NCBI GenBank assembly: GCA_951406725.2
Contig: OX597840.1
Location: 17,980,001-18,044,000 of the forward strand
DNA: 64,000 nucleotides
DNA from: Octopus vulgaris
Lineage: Eukaryota
Direction: 5' to 3'
The number at the start of each line of letters is the position of its first letter. Within the stretch, counting starts at the first letter, position 1. Below the pieces are notes generated by a model. It saw only the letters and a program-made list of their open reading frames with translations. It was not told where the DNA came from and did not search any database. Shown in pieces: positions 27,391-41,839 of this stretch. Both the position numbers and the translations under genes were made by a program.

Positions 27391-29251
27391 ACAGGGTGCA
27401 GCAAAACAATCTGACATATTTGTAGGTTTAATAAAAGCGAAATAATAGAGTAAAGAACGAACAATCTGTTTTTATTTTCGAAATGTACATACAATGCCAT
27501 TTTGTTTCATTCGGGTTTTGAAATTTAATCAGTTAGGTCGGTGCCGTTATTGTCCACATAGAGGCGAAGGCGTTCACGAAAGTCGTCTGTAACTCGACGG
27601 GTCATTTCATGTGGAATGGCAGCAATTTCCTGACGAATGACATCTTTTAATTGTTCAATAAATCGAGGGCGATGAGTGTGTATCCCTGATTTCATGTATC
27701 CCCGCATAAAAAAATCGCACGGGTTCAAATCAGGTGATCGGGTGAGCTAACCGGTATCACCGCGCAATGAGATCAAGTGAGCGAGGGGCATCTCCCTCAA
27801 AATCCCCATCGCACATCAACAAATGTGTGCTGCTGCCCCATCCTGGTTGAAACCAAACATTGTCCCTATCTAGTTAATTTAATTTGGGTTTCAGAATAGT
27901 CTCAAACATCACATAATATCGATCAGAGTTCACAGTCACTGTAACATTGTCTGCTTCGAAGACGAAGGGACCCCAAATGCTGAATTCTGCTCCCGCAGAA
28001 TTTCGAGTAGATATGTGATCAAGTCTACCAAACCTAAGGCGGCGAGCTGGCAGAAACGTTAGCACGCCGGGCGAAATGCTTAGCAGTATTTCGTGTGCCG
28101 CTCCGTTCTGAGTTCAAATTCCGCCGAGGTCGACTTTGCCTTTCATCCTTTCGGGGTCGATGAATTAAGTACCAGTTACGCACTGGGGTCGATATAATCG
28201 ACTTAATCCGTTTGTCTGTCCTTGTTTGTCCTCTATGTGTTTAGCCCCTTGTGGGTAGTAAAGAAATAGGTTTTTCGTGTGCCGCTCCGTTCTGAGTTCA
28301 AATTCCGCCGAGGTTGACTTTGCCTTTCATCCTTTCGGGGTCGATGAATTAAGTACCAGTTACGCACTGGGGTCGATATAATCGACTTAATCCGTTTGTC
28401 TGTCCTTGTTTGTCCTCTATGTGTTTAGCCCCTTGTGGGTAGTAAAGAAATAGGTTTTTCGCGTGTGCCGCTCCGTTCTGAGTTCAAATTCCGCCGAGGT
28501 TGACTTTGCCTTTCATCCTTTCGGGGTCGATGAATTAAGTACCAGTTACGCACTGGGGTCGATATAATCGACTTAATCCGTTTGTCTGTCCTTGTTTGTC
28601 CTCTATGTGTTTAGCCCCTTGTGGGTAGTAAAGAAATAGGTTTTTCGTGTGCCGCTCCGTTCTGAGTTCAAATTCCGCCGAGGTCGACTTTGCCTTTCAT
28701 CCTTTCGGGGTCGATGAATTAAGTACCAGTTACGCACTGGGGTCGATATAATCGACTTAATCCGTTTGTCTGTCCTTGTTTGTCCTCTATGTGTTTAGCC
28801 CCTTGTGGGTAGTAAAGAAATAGGTTTTTCGTGTGCCGCTCCGTTCTGAGTTCAAATTCCGCCGAGGTTGACTTTGCCTTTCATCCCTTCGGGGTCGCAC
28901 TGGGGTCGATATAATCGACTTAATCCGTTTATTTGTCCCCTCTGTGTGTAGCCCCTTGTGAGCAGTAAAGAAATAAGTCTACCAAACCTGGAGTGCACAC
29001 AGAACGCTCTTCGAGTTGCAGTTGCGGATTCGTTGTTCTTAATAAACGTTTCCACAATGAAAGCGTGATGCTTGCTTGTTCAATTCATGTTGGCAACTGA
29101 AAACAAATTGAATCAAAATATCGCAAATGGCATCAATTGAAACAAAATGGCATTATATGTACTTTTCGAAAATAAAAACACATTTTTCGTTCTTTACTCT
29201 ATTTCACTTCTATTAAATTTACAAATGTGTTAGATAATTTTGCCACACCTA
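27391..29251 (-). mobile_element. Tc1/mariner-superfamily element, rosa/DD41D-like, internally deleted and SINE-interrupted
   Basis: ~120-bp TIRs (27391-27510 / 29135-29251); remnants FIVETFIKNNESATATRRAF, WFQ.DGAAAH, RSPDLNPCDFF.RGYMKS. Confidence 0.8.
28037..28974 (+). repeat. SINE family A with five head-to-tail ~185-bp body units, one 15-bp TSD
   Basis: Units start near 28091, 28275, 28462, 28646, 28829; TSD 'aagtctaccaaacct' at 28021-28035 and 28975-28989. Confidence 0.9.
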
Positions 29252-29559
29252 TTACTCTCACCCCAGCAAGAGGAGTAGAAGAAGTGTCATTGAATAATGA
29301 AAGATGAGGTCAAAGCGTGACACACTGACACACAGGAATTCGTTTTGGCATTTATTATTATAGATAATTTATGAAGAGTTTACTTTTGCTACCATGGGTA
29401 GAAATATCAGGAAATATGACATACATACATACAATAACTAAAACTTAACTTTTATCAAATTTCTTGGTGTTTCTATGAAAACATGAAATGAATACTCCTA
29501 TGAGAAAGAAAAACATTTATAACCTAAAAATAAAATTATATAAAACAAAATCATTATTT

Positions 29560-30301
29560 GTTTAACTCCTCTCATAGCTGCTCATTTATTACCTCCGGAA
29601 GAAAACCAAAACTTTCTAATAAGGACCGTCGGACTCTTACGTGAATTGTTAGAAAGGATCACAAAAGTACAGCCCCCAAAATTACTGCAGAGTTTAATGA
29701 CCGCCTCGAGAACCCAGTTTCCACAAAAATTGTTCGCATTTGACCCAGACTGCCTTCTTGCAACTGTTAAACATGGAGTAGGATCTGTGATGACCGGGGG
29801 GTGGGCGCTATATCTTGGAAATCCGCCGGCTTAATGTTTTTCCTCCATGGCGGAATTAATAGTCAAGACTATTTAAGCATTTTATCAGATCAAATTAATT
29901 CTATGGTTGCGAAACTGTTTTCGGAAGGAAACGCTATCTTTCAGGATGATAATCCACCAATTCACACAGCTAAAGTTGTTACTGAATGGCACGAGGGACA
30001 TTCTAGTGAAGTTGAACATCTTATCTGGCCACCACAGTCCCCAGATCTCAATATTTTTGAACATTTATGGTGCATTTTAGAAAAACAAGTAAGGAGTCGA
30101 TATTCTCTACTGTCATCACTGCATGAACTAGAGACTGTTTCAGCTGAAGAATGGACAAAAATTCCTTTGGAAACAATTCAAACTTTGTACGAGTCCATAC
30201 GTGGTAGAATTCAAGCTGTAATTACTGCCAAAGTCGGGCCTACCCCATATTAAAAATTTGCTTGAAATTTTAAGGTGTTTCCATTATTTTGTCGAACCCC
30301 T

Positions 30302-30303
<2 letters not shown>
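29560..30303 (+). mobile_element. Tc1 (DD34E) transposase remnant with right terminus
   Basis: TVKHGVGSVM, IFQDDNPPIH, WPPQSPDLNIFEHLW, GPTPY*; ends '...aacccctg|ta'. Confidence 0.9.
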
Positions 30304-30344
<41 letters not shown>

Positions 30345-31596
30345 CAGGGGTTAGGGGGAAGAAAGAGAGACAGATAGACAGGTAGATGGACATATCTATA
30401 TATATATAAATAAATAAATATATATATATATATACACACACACTTGTATCTACATATATACATGAATGCATACATAGATACATCCATCCATACGTACATA
30501 CATACATAGAGACGGACAGACAGATATACATGCACACTCGCGTACATACATACATACATACACACATACATACATACATACATACATACATACATACATA
30601 CATACATACATACATACATACATACATACATACATACATGAATATAAAGGAGAAAGGAGGTAACTATGGATAACTGCTTCGAAACCTCCAGCTTCTGTAT
30701 CCAGATTACAAATTTACATTTACACCAATAATAATTAGAGCCCTTAGTTTTACGGGAAAAGAAATAAACCAAATGATTCACACATTACAAATAGAATCTG
30801 TAAGTGGAAGAGTAAAATTATGCAAGACTTTTCTCAGGTTTAAAGTGCAACATTGCTTTCGATACCTACATTCCAAAGACGGAGCTTCGTCTCTTTGTCA
30901 GAAACCAGTTCTTCTTCAATGGAAGAATTTGAATACTTAAAAACAGTAGCAAAACACACATCCACATATACATACTTACGTGTGTACATATATACATACA
31001 TACATACGTACGTACACACATACACACACATTCATTTACGAATATACGTAGTTAGGCAGTTGTCGCATGCAAACACATGCCAAATCTTTCCAACAAGCTG
31101 AGGAAGTGTTTTGTCTGGAAGATTAAACACGTGTCTGTGTGTCAATGAAACTCAGAGTAATGATCGTGGGCGTCAGTGGCTGCTAAACTACAGAAATATA
31201 CACTCCACATGACGTACTACGATTTCTTTTCTTGGGTGCAGTTGTATACACACACACTCATACAAATATATATACACATACATGAGAGAGAGAGAGAGGG
31301 GGGGGAGGTGCATGTGAGTGTGATCTTGAAACAGCGACTCCAAAGAAGGAGAAATCTCATGAAAGAACATGAGGTATGCCAACAGATGGTTCAGCAAGTC
31401 GCATATAACTGCTACCACATTCAAATATCATGACCACCGCCATCACCACCGGTGATGGTAAACAATAATGAAAGTTGAAGTAAAAAGAGTGAAAGTAGGT
31501 GGTGGGGAGGATACGGTGATAGTGGTAGTGGTGGTGGTGGTGGTGGTGGTGCTAAGATAAGCAGTTCTGTTTTAATCTACATTTATGTATGTATAT

Positions 31597-31638
<42 letters not shown>

Positions 31639-31682
31639 TACATCTATATACATATATATATATAATATATACATACATACAC

Positions 31683-31725
<43 letters not shown>

Positions 31726-33569
31726 CTAGCATTATGACCCGTCGTTGCCGGGTCATAGTGCTAATGCATGTATATATGTGTGTATATGTATGTGTACATA
31801 TTACATGTACATCTATATATATAAATCTACACATAAAATACAAAATACAAAGTTATATCTTGATATCGCTAGTGATAACAATACTCAAAATATATAACAG
31901 ACTGGAATTGTAGGCCCGTCTCTTGCAATTTCGATCAATTGTATCTTGTCCTCCCTCTTGTATAGAAGTGTGGTTACAATCCAGCCTACCTCTACTTCTG
32001 GGGGGACATTTTAAATTTTTATCCGCCAACTGCCTAACTACGTATACTCGTAAATGAACGTGTGTGTATGTGTGTTTTAAATGTGTGTACGTACGTATGT
32101 ATATATGTACGCACGAAAGTAAAGGTAAAAGTAAAATATTTCCACTTTGCAAGGTTCGAATCGAGTATTCCCTTGCACGCTCCGTTGACTCGAACCTTGC
32201 TTCTATTGTGGCGAATTTACCGCCTCTGGTTAGATATCTTTCATAGTCGCGCCAAGACACTTTTCGATGGTGCTTTCCTCCAGGTGTTCAAATCTTTTTT
32301 TTTCTCTACATTGTATACTTTATAGACAATAGTCTTTTCTTTAATTTAATTTTTTATTTCGTTTGGTGGTGTTATCCTAGATTCACCGTCTTTGTCGGTG
32401 ATCAATCCGAAATAGGTTTGTATTTCTTCTATTTTAATTTTAATGAGTTCGCGCCCGCCGACGGCTGCAGCGAAATTCATTTTTGGACTTTTTTCTATCG
32501 AAGGCATTCTAACAAAAATGTTTCCGTATAAACGGTGAAAATATTGTCAATTTCCCCAAACAGGGACACAATTCAATTTTTAAACAATAACCAAAGCTCC
32601 TTCTCCCAAAATGGGGGGGGGGGTTACAGTATACAATTATTTAACAAATGCAACACAACAACGTTTCCCTTACGAGGAACCAACAAACGTGATAACAATA
32701 GTTAAACAGTAACAATAATAACAACAAACCTTATGGTGAATTAAAAAGCAGTACGCAGTTGAAACTATAGTCCTTTATGTATAAGAAATAAACCAACAGC
32801 AGTACTCAGTACTATTTTTACTTTTGTTATTGATTGATTGATTGATTCTAGTTTCAGCTCACGAGCTGTGGCCATGCTGGGGCACCACCATTTGGTGTTG
32901 CTACATGGTTTTACTTCACGAATGCTTTTTAGCAACTGCCATTTGGTGCATGAGAGAGTTCGATGCAGCTGCCCTCATCTGCACCTCCTGCCGTGAAGTT
33001 GGTTCATCTGGGATACCTGACAAGAAGAGATCCAGTTTCATTTTAAAGACATCTGCATCCACCCCATGCAGGTCTCTTAGGTTCTTATGTTACGATTATA
33101 TTATACTTTAGTTTGATTTTAATTATTACTTACTACATATAATTCAATTGTTATTATTATCTCTAATTTCTATTGTTAAAGTGAAAGTATCTGACATAAA
33201 ATAGAGAAATGTTTTTGTTTCACTTTTAACACGTAATACTGAAATAGTGGAGAAGATATGATATTGCTATGGGCTCGCCCTAGGCAAGAAGTTGAACATT
33301 TTTTTTTGCCCATGGCCCTAAGTAAGTCATGTGTAAAATTTGAATGAAATTGATTGTGTAGTTCTCAAGTTTAGGGAATCGTAGTGGAGAAGATATGATA
33401 TTGCTGTGGGCTCGCCCTAGGCAAAAAGTTAAAAACTTTTTTTGCCGATGACACTCCCCGGACCCTAAGTAAGGCATGTGTAAAATTTGAATGAAATTGG
33501 TTGTGTAGTTCTCAAGTTTTAGGGAAACACACAGACAGACAGACACACATTCTCAGTTTTATATATAGA
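31726..33569 (-). mobile_element. Helitron-like termini enclosing ~1.85 kb of mixed sequence
   Basis: 5' 'TCtatatataaaactgagaatgtgtgtctgtctgtctg' at 33569; 3' hairpin 'cccggcaacgacggg' + CTAG|T at 31726; that both ends belong to one element is inferred. Confidence 0.5.
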
Positions 33570-34614
33570 GAGAGATATATATAATGGAGAAAGCTGCTTG
33601 TTAATTAATTTCTTATAAAAAAAACATTTTAAAGTGATTCTCTTGTTATAGCTGTTTGGAACGCTATAAGCCTTACAATAATTATCCGGACCGATTTTAG
33701 CCATTTTTATTTTTAACTTAAAAACCATGGCAGGAGCCATTTCGGTGAAAAAAAAAAACAAAAAAAAAATGTATTTAACAATTACTAAAAATACTAAAAG
33801 AAAGCAATTGTTAAAGCGTTGACCGTCTGGAAATATTTTTATAAAATTTTTTATAAATTCATGTTCTAAGAAATTTCCTATAATTTCGATTTCGCAAGTT
33901 TATTGAATCTTTTAACTTCAATTTCTCGCAAATTTAAATATTCATTGCATTCACTACGTCCAATTCTTCACAAATTTAAATATACATTGCATTCACTGCG
34001 GAGTATTCCATGAGTCCCTCATTTTCTCTTTTAATGTTTTTATTTCAAGTTTTAATTCACTATTTGGAAAACCGACAGTTTATTCTATTAATATATACGT
34101 AATGTCAAAACATTATTTATTGAATTAATTTTTTTAATACCCGTATAATTTTTGTAAAGAAACATTTTAAAGTGATTCTGTTGTTATAGCAGTTTGGAAC
34201 GCTATAAGCCTTACAATAATTATTATCCGGACCGATTTTGGCCATTTTCATTTTTAACTTGAAAACCACGGTGAAAAAAAACAACAACAAAAAAATTCTT
34301 AATATTTTCAGAGGGAAAAGTGAGCGATTTAATGGCAATTTGGCTGTTGTTTCTAGCACATCCAAAGACGACCCGCCTCGTTTCTTTATCACTCTCGCAT
34401 GTATTGATATTTTTTTCAATATTTCCCCCCATAAATACATTTATATGCTATAAAAAAGAAAATTCCTTACCCCTAATTGTTTCTGTTTAGAAATTAAAAT
34501 ATTGGAGAGCCTGAGAAGGTTATTGCTGGCATTTATCCACAGTGATTTTGAAAAATTACGGAGATGTACTTGCAGAGCAAGTGACTTGATCTGGGATCGT
34601 GTGCTGAAACAAAA

Positions 34615-34860
34615 ACACTTGCAGCGTAGATGCTTGTAAGCCATTCAAGAATACACAAAAACAGTTTCGCTTCAAAATTTTAATTTTATTTATGTCAGAA
34701 TATTTTTGTCGCTTTGAAACCGCGACCTGTTCACTGACAAAACAGGTCGCGGTTTCAAAGCGATAAAAATATTTTCACACAAATGAAATTTAAATGTTGA
34801 AGTGAAACTAACTTTTTGGGTGTTCTTGAATGGCTTAAAAACGTCTTCCACGCTGCAATT
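34615..34860. repeat. Fold-back repeat (~120-bp arms)
   Basis: 'gtcgctttgaaaccgcgacctgtt' / 'aacaggtcgcggtttcaaagcgat' extending to 'ttgcagcgt' / 'acgctgcaa'. Confidence 0.8.
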
Positions 34861-35123
34861 GTTGCTAGAAGCCCAACCTTCCCAGTTCTTTTACAAGGCT
34901 TTGAAAAATTGAAGGAATGCTGCAATAAGTATGTACCTCTATGTATTACTCTACCTTTGGTATTTGAGTATTATCTAAATAGATAGATATTACATATATA
35001 TAAGAGGAATGACCTGTAAGTGGACATCCATTATGCTAGAAGAAGACCCGCTATGGTCTTACCACTAACAAAGGAATGTTCTCAAGAAAATTTAGCAAAC
35101 GCCTGAACGTAAGCGAGCAAGAC

Positions 35124-35230
<107 letters not shown>

Positions 35231-35481
35231 TAGATGCGTCGATGATATAGGAAAGTGCTGTGATCTTTCTTTCCTTGAACAAGTGGAAACCCGTCAAAGC
35301 AAAACTCTTCTACTCCCCAGCGCCAAGTATAACACTTCACGCGATTATAGGAGAGTGGAAGACAAACTGACAGACAGACACACACAATATTAGCTACAAT
35401 AACAACAACAACAAATACAATCAACACAACAACAAACACAACCACGACCATAACAACGATAACTACTACTACTACTACTAT

Positions 35482-35513
<32 letters not shown>

Positions 35514-36519
35514 ATAATAATAATAATAATAATAATAATACCACCACCACCACCACCACCACCACCATCATCTCCACCAATTCTACGAACGTGCTTCGTT
35601 AATGACATTTTTTTTCATTATTACTTCTAATTTGTTGATGTCAGTTGTTTTTAATTAATTTAATTGGATTAATAAGTGAGTTACATATAAATTATAATGA
35701 AGGCTCAGGAGTGGCTGAGTGGTTAGAAGCTTGCTTCCCAACCATACGGTTCCGGGGTCGTTCCTACGGTATGACATCTTAGGCTGACCCAAATCTTGTA
35801 AATGGAAACTGAAAGAAGCCCATTCTACACGTGCGTGTGTGCAGGCGTCCTTGTGTTTATGCATGTGGTTGCAGTGGTGGGGGTGGGGGTAGGACTGGTG
35901 GGGTGGGGGTAGTGGTGGTGGCAGTGGTGATGGTGGTGATGGTGGTGATGGGAGTGGTGGTGGTGATGATGAGGGTGATGGGAGTGGTGGTGGTGGTGGT
36001 GGTGGTGGTATTAGTAGTAATGGTGGTGATGGTGCGAAGTTCCCTAAAAGAGATTTGCAGAACAGAAGAGAATGCTTATTTCTTTTTTCCACGTCTCCAC
36101 CCTTCCCCACCCATTAAATATCCATACAGAAGTACTGCCACACCCCACCGGAACCAACGCCCCAGCCCTCAGCTCATCCTCTTTACACCCACCTCCTCCA
36201 TACCTTTCAGATGCCATCCCTGAAAAACCTATTTTCAAGAGAACCGATTTGGTGGAGGTTAGCTAAACAATCTCGACATGCTAGAAAAGGTAGCCAAATC
36301 TACCTTAAACCACATACTATTGTCTCGTGAAAAGGAAGGACATGATGGATAAGGTATTTCACACCTTAGACAGGAGGATAGATAATCACATTGGAATGTC
36401 TTTGATCATACACACACATACATGCACTTGCACACACACACACGCACACACACACGCACATACACATACACACATGAGGTAGAAGCAGCTCTAGTGCAAT
36501 AAATCTTATTGAATACATT

Positions 36520-36934
36520 GGCGTAGGAGTGGCTGTGTGGTAAGTAGCTTGCTTACGAACCACATGGTTCTGGGTTCAGTCCCACTGCGTGGCGCCTTGG
36601 GCAAGTGTCCTTGTGAGTCGTATATATGTGTATGTATGTATGTATGTATGTATGTATGTATGTATGTATGTATGTGTATGTATGTATGTATGTATGTATG
36701 TATGTATGTATGTGTATGTATGTATGTATGTATGTATGTATGTATGTATGTATGTATGTATGTGTATGTATGTATGTATGTATGTATGTATGTATGTATG
36801 TATGTGTATGTATGTATGTATGTATGTATGTATGTATGTATTATGTATTATGTATGTATATGTATGTATGTATGTATTATGTATTATGTATGTATATGTA
36901 TGTATGTATATGTATGTATGTATATGTATGTATG

Positions 36935-36966
<32 letters not shown>

Positions 36967-37245
36967 TGTATGTATGTATGTATATATGTATGTGTGTGTA
37001 TATGTATGTGTATGTATGTGTGTGTGTGTATGTTTGTGTGTCTGTGTTTGTCCCCCCAACATCGCTTGACAACCGATGCTGGTGTGTTTACGCCCCCGTA
37101 ACTTAGCGGTTCGGCAAAAGTGATCGATAGAATAAATACTAGGCTTACAAAGAATAAGTCCTGGGGTCGACTTGCTCGACTAAAGGCGTTGCTCCGGCAT
37201 GGCCGCCGTCAAATGACTGAAACAAGTAAAAGAATAAAGAGTAAA
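36520..37245 (+). mobile_element. SINE family B with ~420-bp internal (TATG)n expansion
   Basis: Head at 36520, microsatellite ~36620-37040, tail to ~37245. Confidence 0.85.
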
Positions 37246-37542
37246 AGAGTATCATAATGTATATGTTTTGTGTATCCTCCGGTGACTGCAATGGCGTAGC
37301 GGAGTATGTAACTCTCTGTCGCCGGTGATTAAACACCTGAGAGTAATGGACAGGCGAGATAACTCACCCTTAAACCCATTTTCTCTTAGGGATGCAATTT
37401 CCGAGCAAACTAGCTCATGATTTTACTAGCTATGAGCATATAAATTGTGGACTGGCTAGGTGATTCGCCTTCAACCCAAGCGAGTACGTGATGTTGGTAA
37501 ACTACAAAAACGGTGAAACTGCATTCTACACTACTATAAGTA

Positions 37543-37637
<95 letters not shown>

Positions 37638-37880
37638 AAAACCGTTAGAAAACCGATTATAGCAGCGACTTCATCTAAGAATATCTGAAGAAGGAGTATT
37701 ATTTCGAAATATCACATCAGACTATGAATGACTTAAATTACAACAGGTATAAAGACCATTGTCTGTATTATAGTACATTGTTGTACCATTCAAAACTTTT
37801 TAGTCTTTACAAACAATACACAATGCTTCAAGCGAACTACAATACTCTAATAATAATGATAATAATAATAATAATATATA

Positions 37881-38168
37881 CGAGGTCTGATTAATAAGTA
37901 TCCGCATTGTTGCCATAGTAATGAAGCTACAGGACGCAGAGTGAAGCCGCTTGGCAAAGATTGATCTTGGCCTCTGCTGTGCATGTGCACTAAGTTTCAA
38001 CATTCTAGTTCACTTCTGCTGTTTACAGCAGTGCTGCGAAGGAAGGTGTGTAGCGTGTGATCATCGCATTGACCATGGTGATACCTGCTCAGAGGGTTAC
38101 ACAAAATTACAGAAAGTGTATGGAGAGGAATGTATGAGCCGCACACAAGTTTACGAGTGATTCAGACA
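37881..38168 (+). mobile_element. mariner left end + transposase HTH remnant
   Basis: 'ta|cgaggtctgattaataagtatccg' terminus; EGYTKLQKVYGEECMSRTQVYE.F. Confidence 0.75.
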
Positions 38169-38367
38169 CGTGCTCAAGGTGCCATGTGGTGAGACTGAAC
38201 TCCATACAACAGGCTTCTTTCAGTTTCCGTCTACTAAATCCACTTACAACCTTTCGGTCGGCCCGAAGCTATATTAGAAGACATTTGCTCAAGGTGCCAT
38301 GCAGTGGGACTGAACCCGGAACCATGTGCCTGCGCCTAGTTTGGTGAAGAATAAATAATAGCAATAT

Positions 38368-38535
38368 ATGGATTGTGGTTCACTATAGCTGTTTCGGGAG
38401 TGTTTTTTTTTTTATTGATGAACAGAAGTGTTACATCATGCAACAAAAAAAGGTTCTTTTTTTACATGATGTAACAATCCTGTGCATCAATAAAAAAAAG
38501 CATGTTCGAAACAGCTGTAGTGAACCAAAATCCAT
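38368..38535. repeat. Fold-back (~80-bp arms) with 'GAAAcagctgTAgtg' hammerhead half-motif
   Basis: 'atggattgtggttcactatagctgtttcg' / 'cgaaacagctgtagtgaaccaaaatccat'. Confidence 0.7.
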
Positions 38536-38995
38536 CAGTTATTATTTCAATGTATCAGGTTTTCCGGAAGGCTCTGAACAATTTCCGAGTTTGTGTCTTT
38601 AAATCCTCCTGGTAACAATCCTAATCTTAATATTACTCATATTTCAGAATTGCTTGCTGAATTGAAACCTATCAGCTAAGTTCCACGTTAAAAATCAGCA
38701 TATATTTTACTCTTTTCAGCCCTAAATCGCCATTTGAAATTGATAAGCAAAAGCTGCACATTCACCACGTAATCCTTGCTGCAGAAACGTGTAAAAATCA
38801 TTTGTGGAGTTTATGGTGAAGATACTGGAGGTGAACCGACTCTTCAAATATGGTTTGCAAAATTTGGACGTGGTGATTAGGTAGGAAGACAGACAGTAAG
38901 GCTTACAAAGAATAAGTCCTGGGGTCGATTTGTTCGACTAAAGGCGGTGCTCCAGCATGGCCGAAGTCAAATGACTGAAACAAGTAAAAGAGTAA

Positions 38996-39064
<69 letters not shown>

Positions 39065-39640
39065 CAGACAGATAGACAGACAAGTAGGTAGGAAGACAGA
39101 CAGGCTGACAGATAAATTCTGTATATAAAAAACGTTTGGCTATTTTTTCTAGCAGGTCATGCAACCACATACAGGCTCTGTCGTTGGTCTGTCTCAGTAA
39201 TAATTTTGTTGTTATCTAACCTCAAATCAACCCTGATACAGCAAACCTATGTTGCTATAAAAACATCTCTGGTTATCAAAAAAGGGTTTTGTTAGGGGAG
39301 TGGACCCGGAAGTTGTTGTTTGCAAACAGCAGTAATTTTCTTCAGCTGAATACACGTCATTGATTGGTTAAAATTACCCAAATACGACAACTTTAACACG
39401 AAATAACTTCTAAAATACAAAATTTTGTCAAAAACGTTAAGAGTAAATCCTGTCCCGTGTGACAAATTCTACCAGTATCCGAAGTTTCAAAGTGTTTAGT
39501 TAAAAAGAAAATTAATTAAAAATCTGGCCATCAAATTGAAAAGATCTGATTGGGCCAAATCTATAGCGATGTTGATAACTTTTGTCTCATGTGCATTAAC
39601 ACCGATGATGATGATAATGATGATGATGATGATGATGATT

Positions 39641-39705
<65 letters not shown>

Positions 39706-41229
39706 TATGACGACGATGACGACAGTGAAGGCAAGGTGGCGACAGTGGTGGGAAAGAGGGTGATTGTGCTGGCGGTGTTTGGTGAAGGTGGTGGTGGTGG
39801 CTGTGGTGGTGTAGGTGGTAGCGTATGGCACGTAACAGAAATAAAAGATGTTCCCAGCGTGAGAAAGCCGGATACGAAGCTCATCCTCCTATTGTTATGG
39901 TACCACTCGGAGTTAGTGGCGGGGGGGGGTTCGTTTAGGAGGTCCTTAGTTTAATATGGCGGCGGGGCGGATGATGGTGGTGGTGGTGATAGTGACGGCG
40001 GCGGCATTTGTAGTGGTGGTGGTGGTGGTGGTGGTGGTGGTTCGCGATGCAATTTCTAAGTGGAGCAGAGAGTAGAAATGAAATGGGGTGGAGACAGGAT
40101 GTGTGTGTGTTTGAGTGTGTAAGTTAAGTAGGGGTATAGGTGAGAGAAGGACTGAAGGAGTGGTGAGGGAGAGGAAAGGGGGAGAGGCTTAAAAGGAAGG
40201 TTTAATGTGAAAGTGAGTGTGTGTGTGTGTGCTTGCGTTTTCGTGCATGTGTGTGAATGTGTGTGAATGTATGTAGTGTGTGCGTGTGTATGCGTATGTG
40301 AGCGAGAGAGGGAGGTTTCTGAATGCGCGTGTTCAGACCCGGATTAACCATCAAACAAAATAAAGCAAGTGTTTAGGGTGCGAGGAGAAGGAACCCCTTA
40401 CAGGTCTAGGCAACCCACAACACATACACACACACACGCACACATATATTGCCCTTTCCTCCTCCCCAAAAGAGTACGGCTGAACCAGGCAGAGACCCAC
40501 AAAAACAACTAAAAATTTGCATTTTTCTTTTCCTGTTGTTCTAGATTTACGTAAATAAGCATATCTTGATTGTTATGAACAACTAGGTTTAGATCAACGG
40601 TTGTTAACCCCTACTGCGGCCCCTCCTTGTAAGGATGGGCGCTCAGAGCAAGCAAGAGGGTGGTAAATGTCATTAAAGGTTCTATAGATGTAAGCAGGCG
40701 CTGGATGTTTAACGGGTGTTACAGTGTTTTTCCTTTTTTCTTAGAAACAAAATATTTAGCGCTTTGAACCCCTGAATATTTTTTAGCGGGTGCGATTTCG
40801 TTTGATTAAACCCCTATCACAAGGTTCAGTCTTATCACAAGGTTCATTCCTTTTTGCGATGTGACAACGTGAGTGCCTTAATTACTTTGAGATCTATGAT
40901 AGATTATGTTTTTAGTCCCACTGCGTTTTTAGTAAGCCTCCTCACTAGTGGGGCGCCAGTTTAGTCGCCGACGACCCCACCATACATACATGATGGACTC
41001 TCCCGTCGATTTCGACGTATGAGGATCCGACAACCTACACTTTCTTTGTCAGTCATAATGCTGATGTTGAATGTGATTTTTGTTGAGTCCTGTCAATTAT
41101 TAGTAAAGAAGCCTGCAAATATTACAAGTATGCGGATTAAGAGTTAGTGCAGGCCGTATATTTGCACCCACTTTTTTTCTTTCCCTTGCACCCTTAACCC
41201 TGTTAATACTGATTGAATTAAAGTCCCTT

Positions 41230-41545
41230 ATACCATTTTGACACGACGATCTCCATTTTGTTCGATCCACGGCTGTTTGCTCAAAGGTGTTTTGAGCTGT
41301 ATTGACTGCTCAGCGGTTACTCTTTAGCTTGATCTTAAATCTGAGCCATGGTTGGCCAACATGGCTGTGCATCAGGACTTTGGGTATTCTTTCATCACTA
41401 ATTCTGGTGACATGGCCGGCCCAGCACAGTTGCGACTGCTTAAGGAAGCTCTCGATTCCCCCAATCTTACACTCGCTGAACAGGTCGACATTAGACACTC
41501 TGTCTTTTGGTGAATAACTGCAGATTATCCTGAGACAGTCTTTGT
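41230..41545 (-). pseudogene. RTE-clade LINE C-terminal fragment
   Basis: KDRVSNVDLFSECKIGGIESFLKQSQLCWAGHVTRISDERIPKVL. Confidence 0.8.
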
Positions 41546-41694
41546 GATACATACATACATACATACATACATACATACATACATACATACATACATACAT
41601 GCATGTATACATACATGCATACATACATACATACATACATACATACATACATACATACATACATACATACATACATACATACATACATACATGC

Positions 41695-41835
41695 ATGCAT
41701 GATCTCTACCAAGTATCTACAGCATAAAAGACAGAGAACAATGACAGACAAGAAATGTAGGCTTTGCAAGACCAAGACAGAAGACATCGACCACATAATT
41801 GTCAGCCGTGAGAGAATGTCTTCCAGATATTCCCA
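41695..41835 (+). pseudogene. Zinc-knuckle fragment of an R4/R2-like non-LTR retrotransposon
   Basis: ISTKYLQHK...DKKCRLCKTKTEDIDHII. Confidence 0.55.
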
Positions 41836-41839
41836 TGAG

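Noticed and set aside
28037-28974. CRISPR-like array
   Set aside because: Units are contiguous ~185-bp SINE copies with no unique spacers; eukaryotic context.
35655-36223. Proline-rich / Val-rich ORFs
   Set aside because: (GGT)n low complexity plus a SINE fragment.
39550-39954. Poly-Asp/poly-His ORF resembling a metal-binding protein
   Set aside because: Abutting (GAT)n and (CAT)n microsatellites next to a MITE end; no gene structure.
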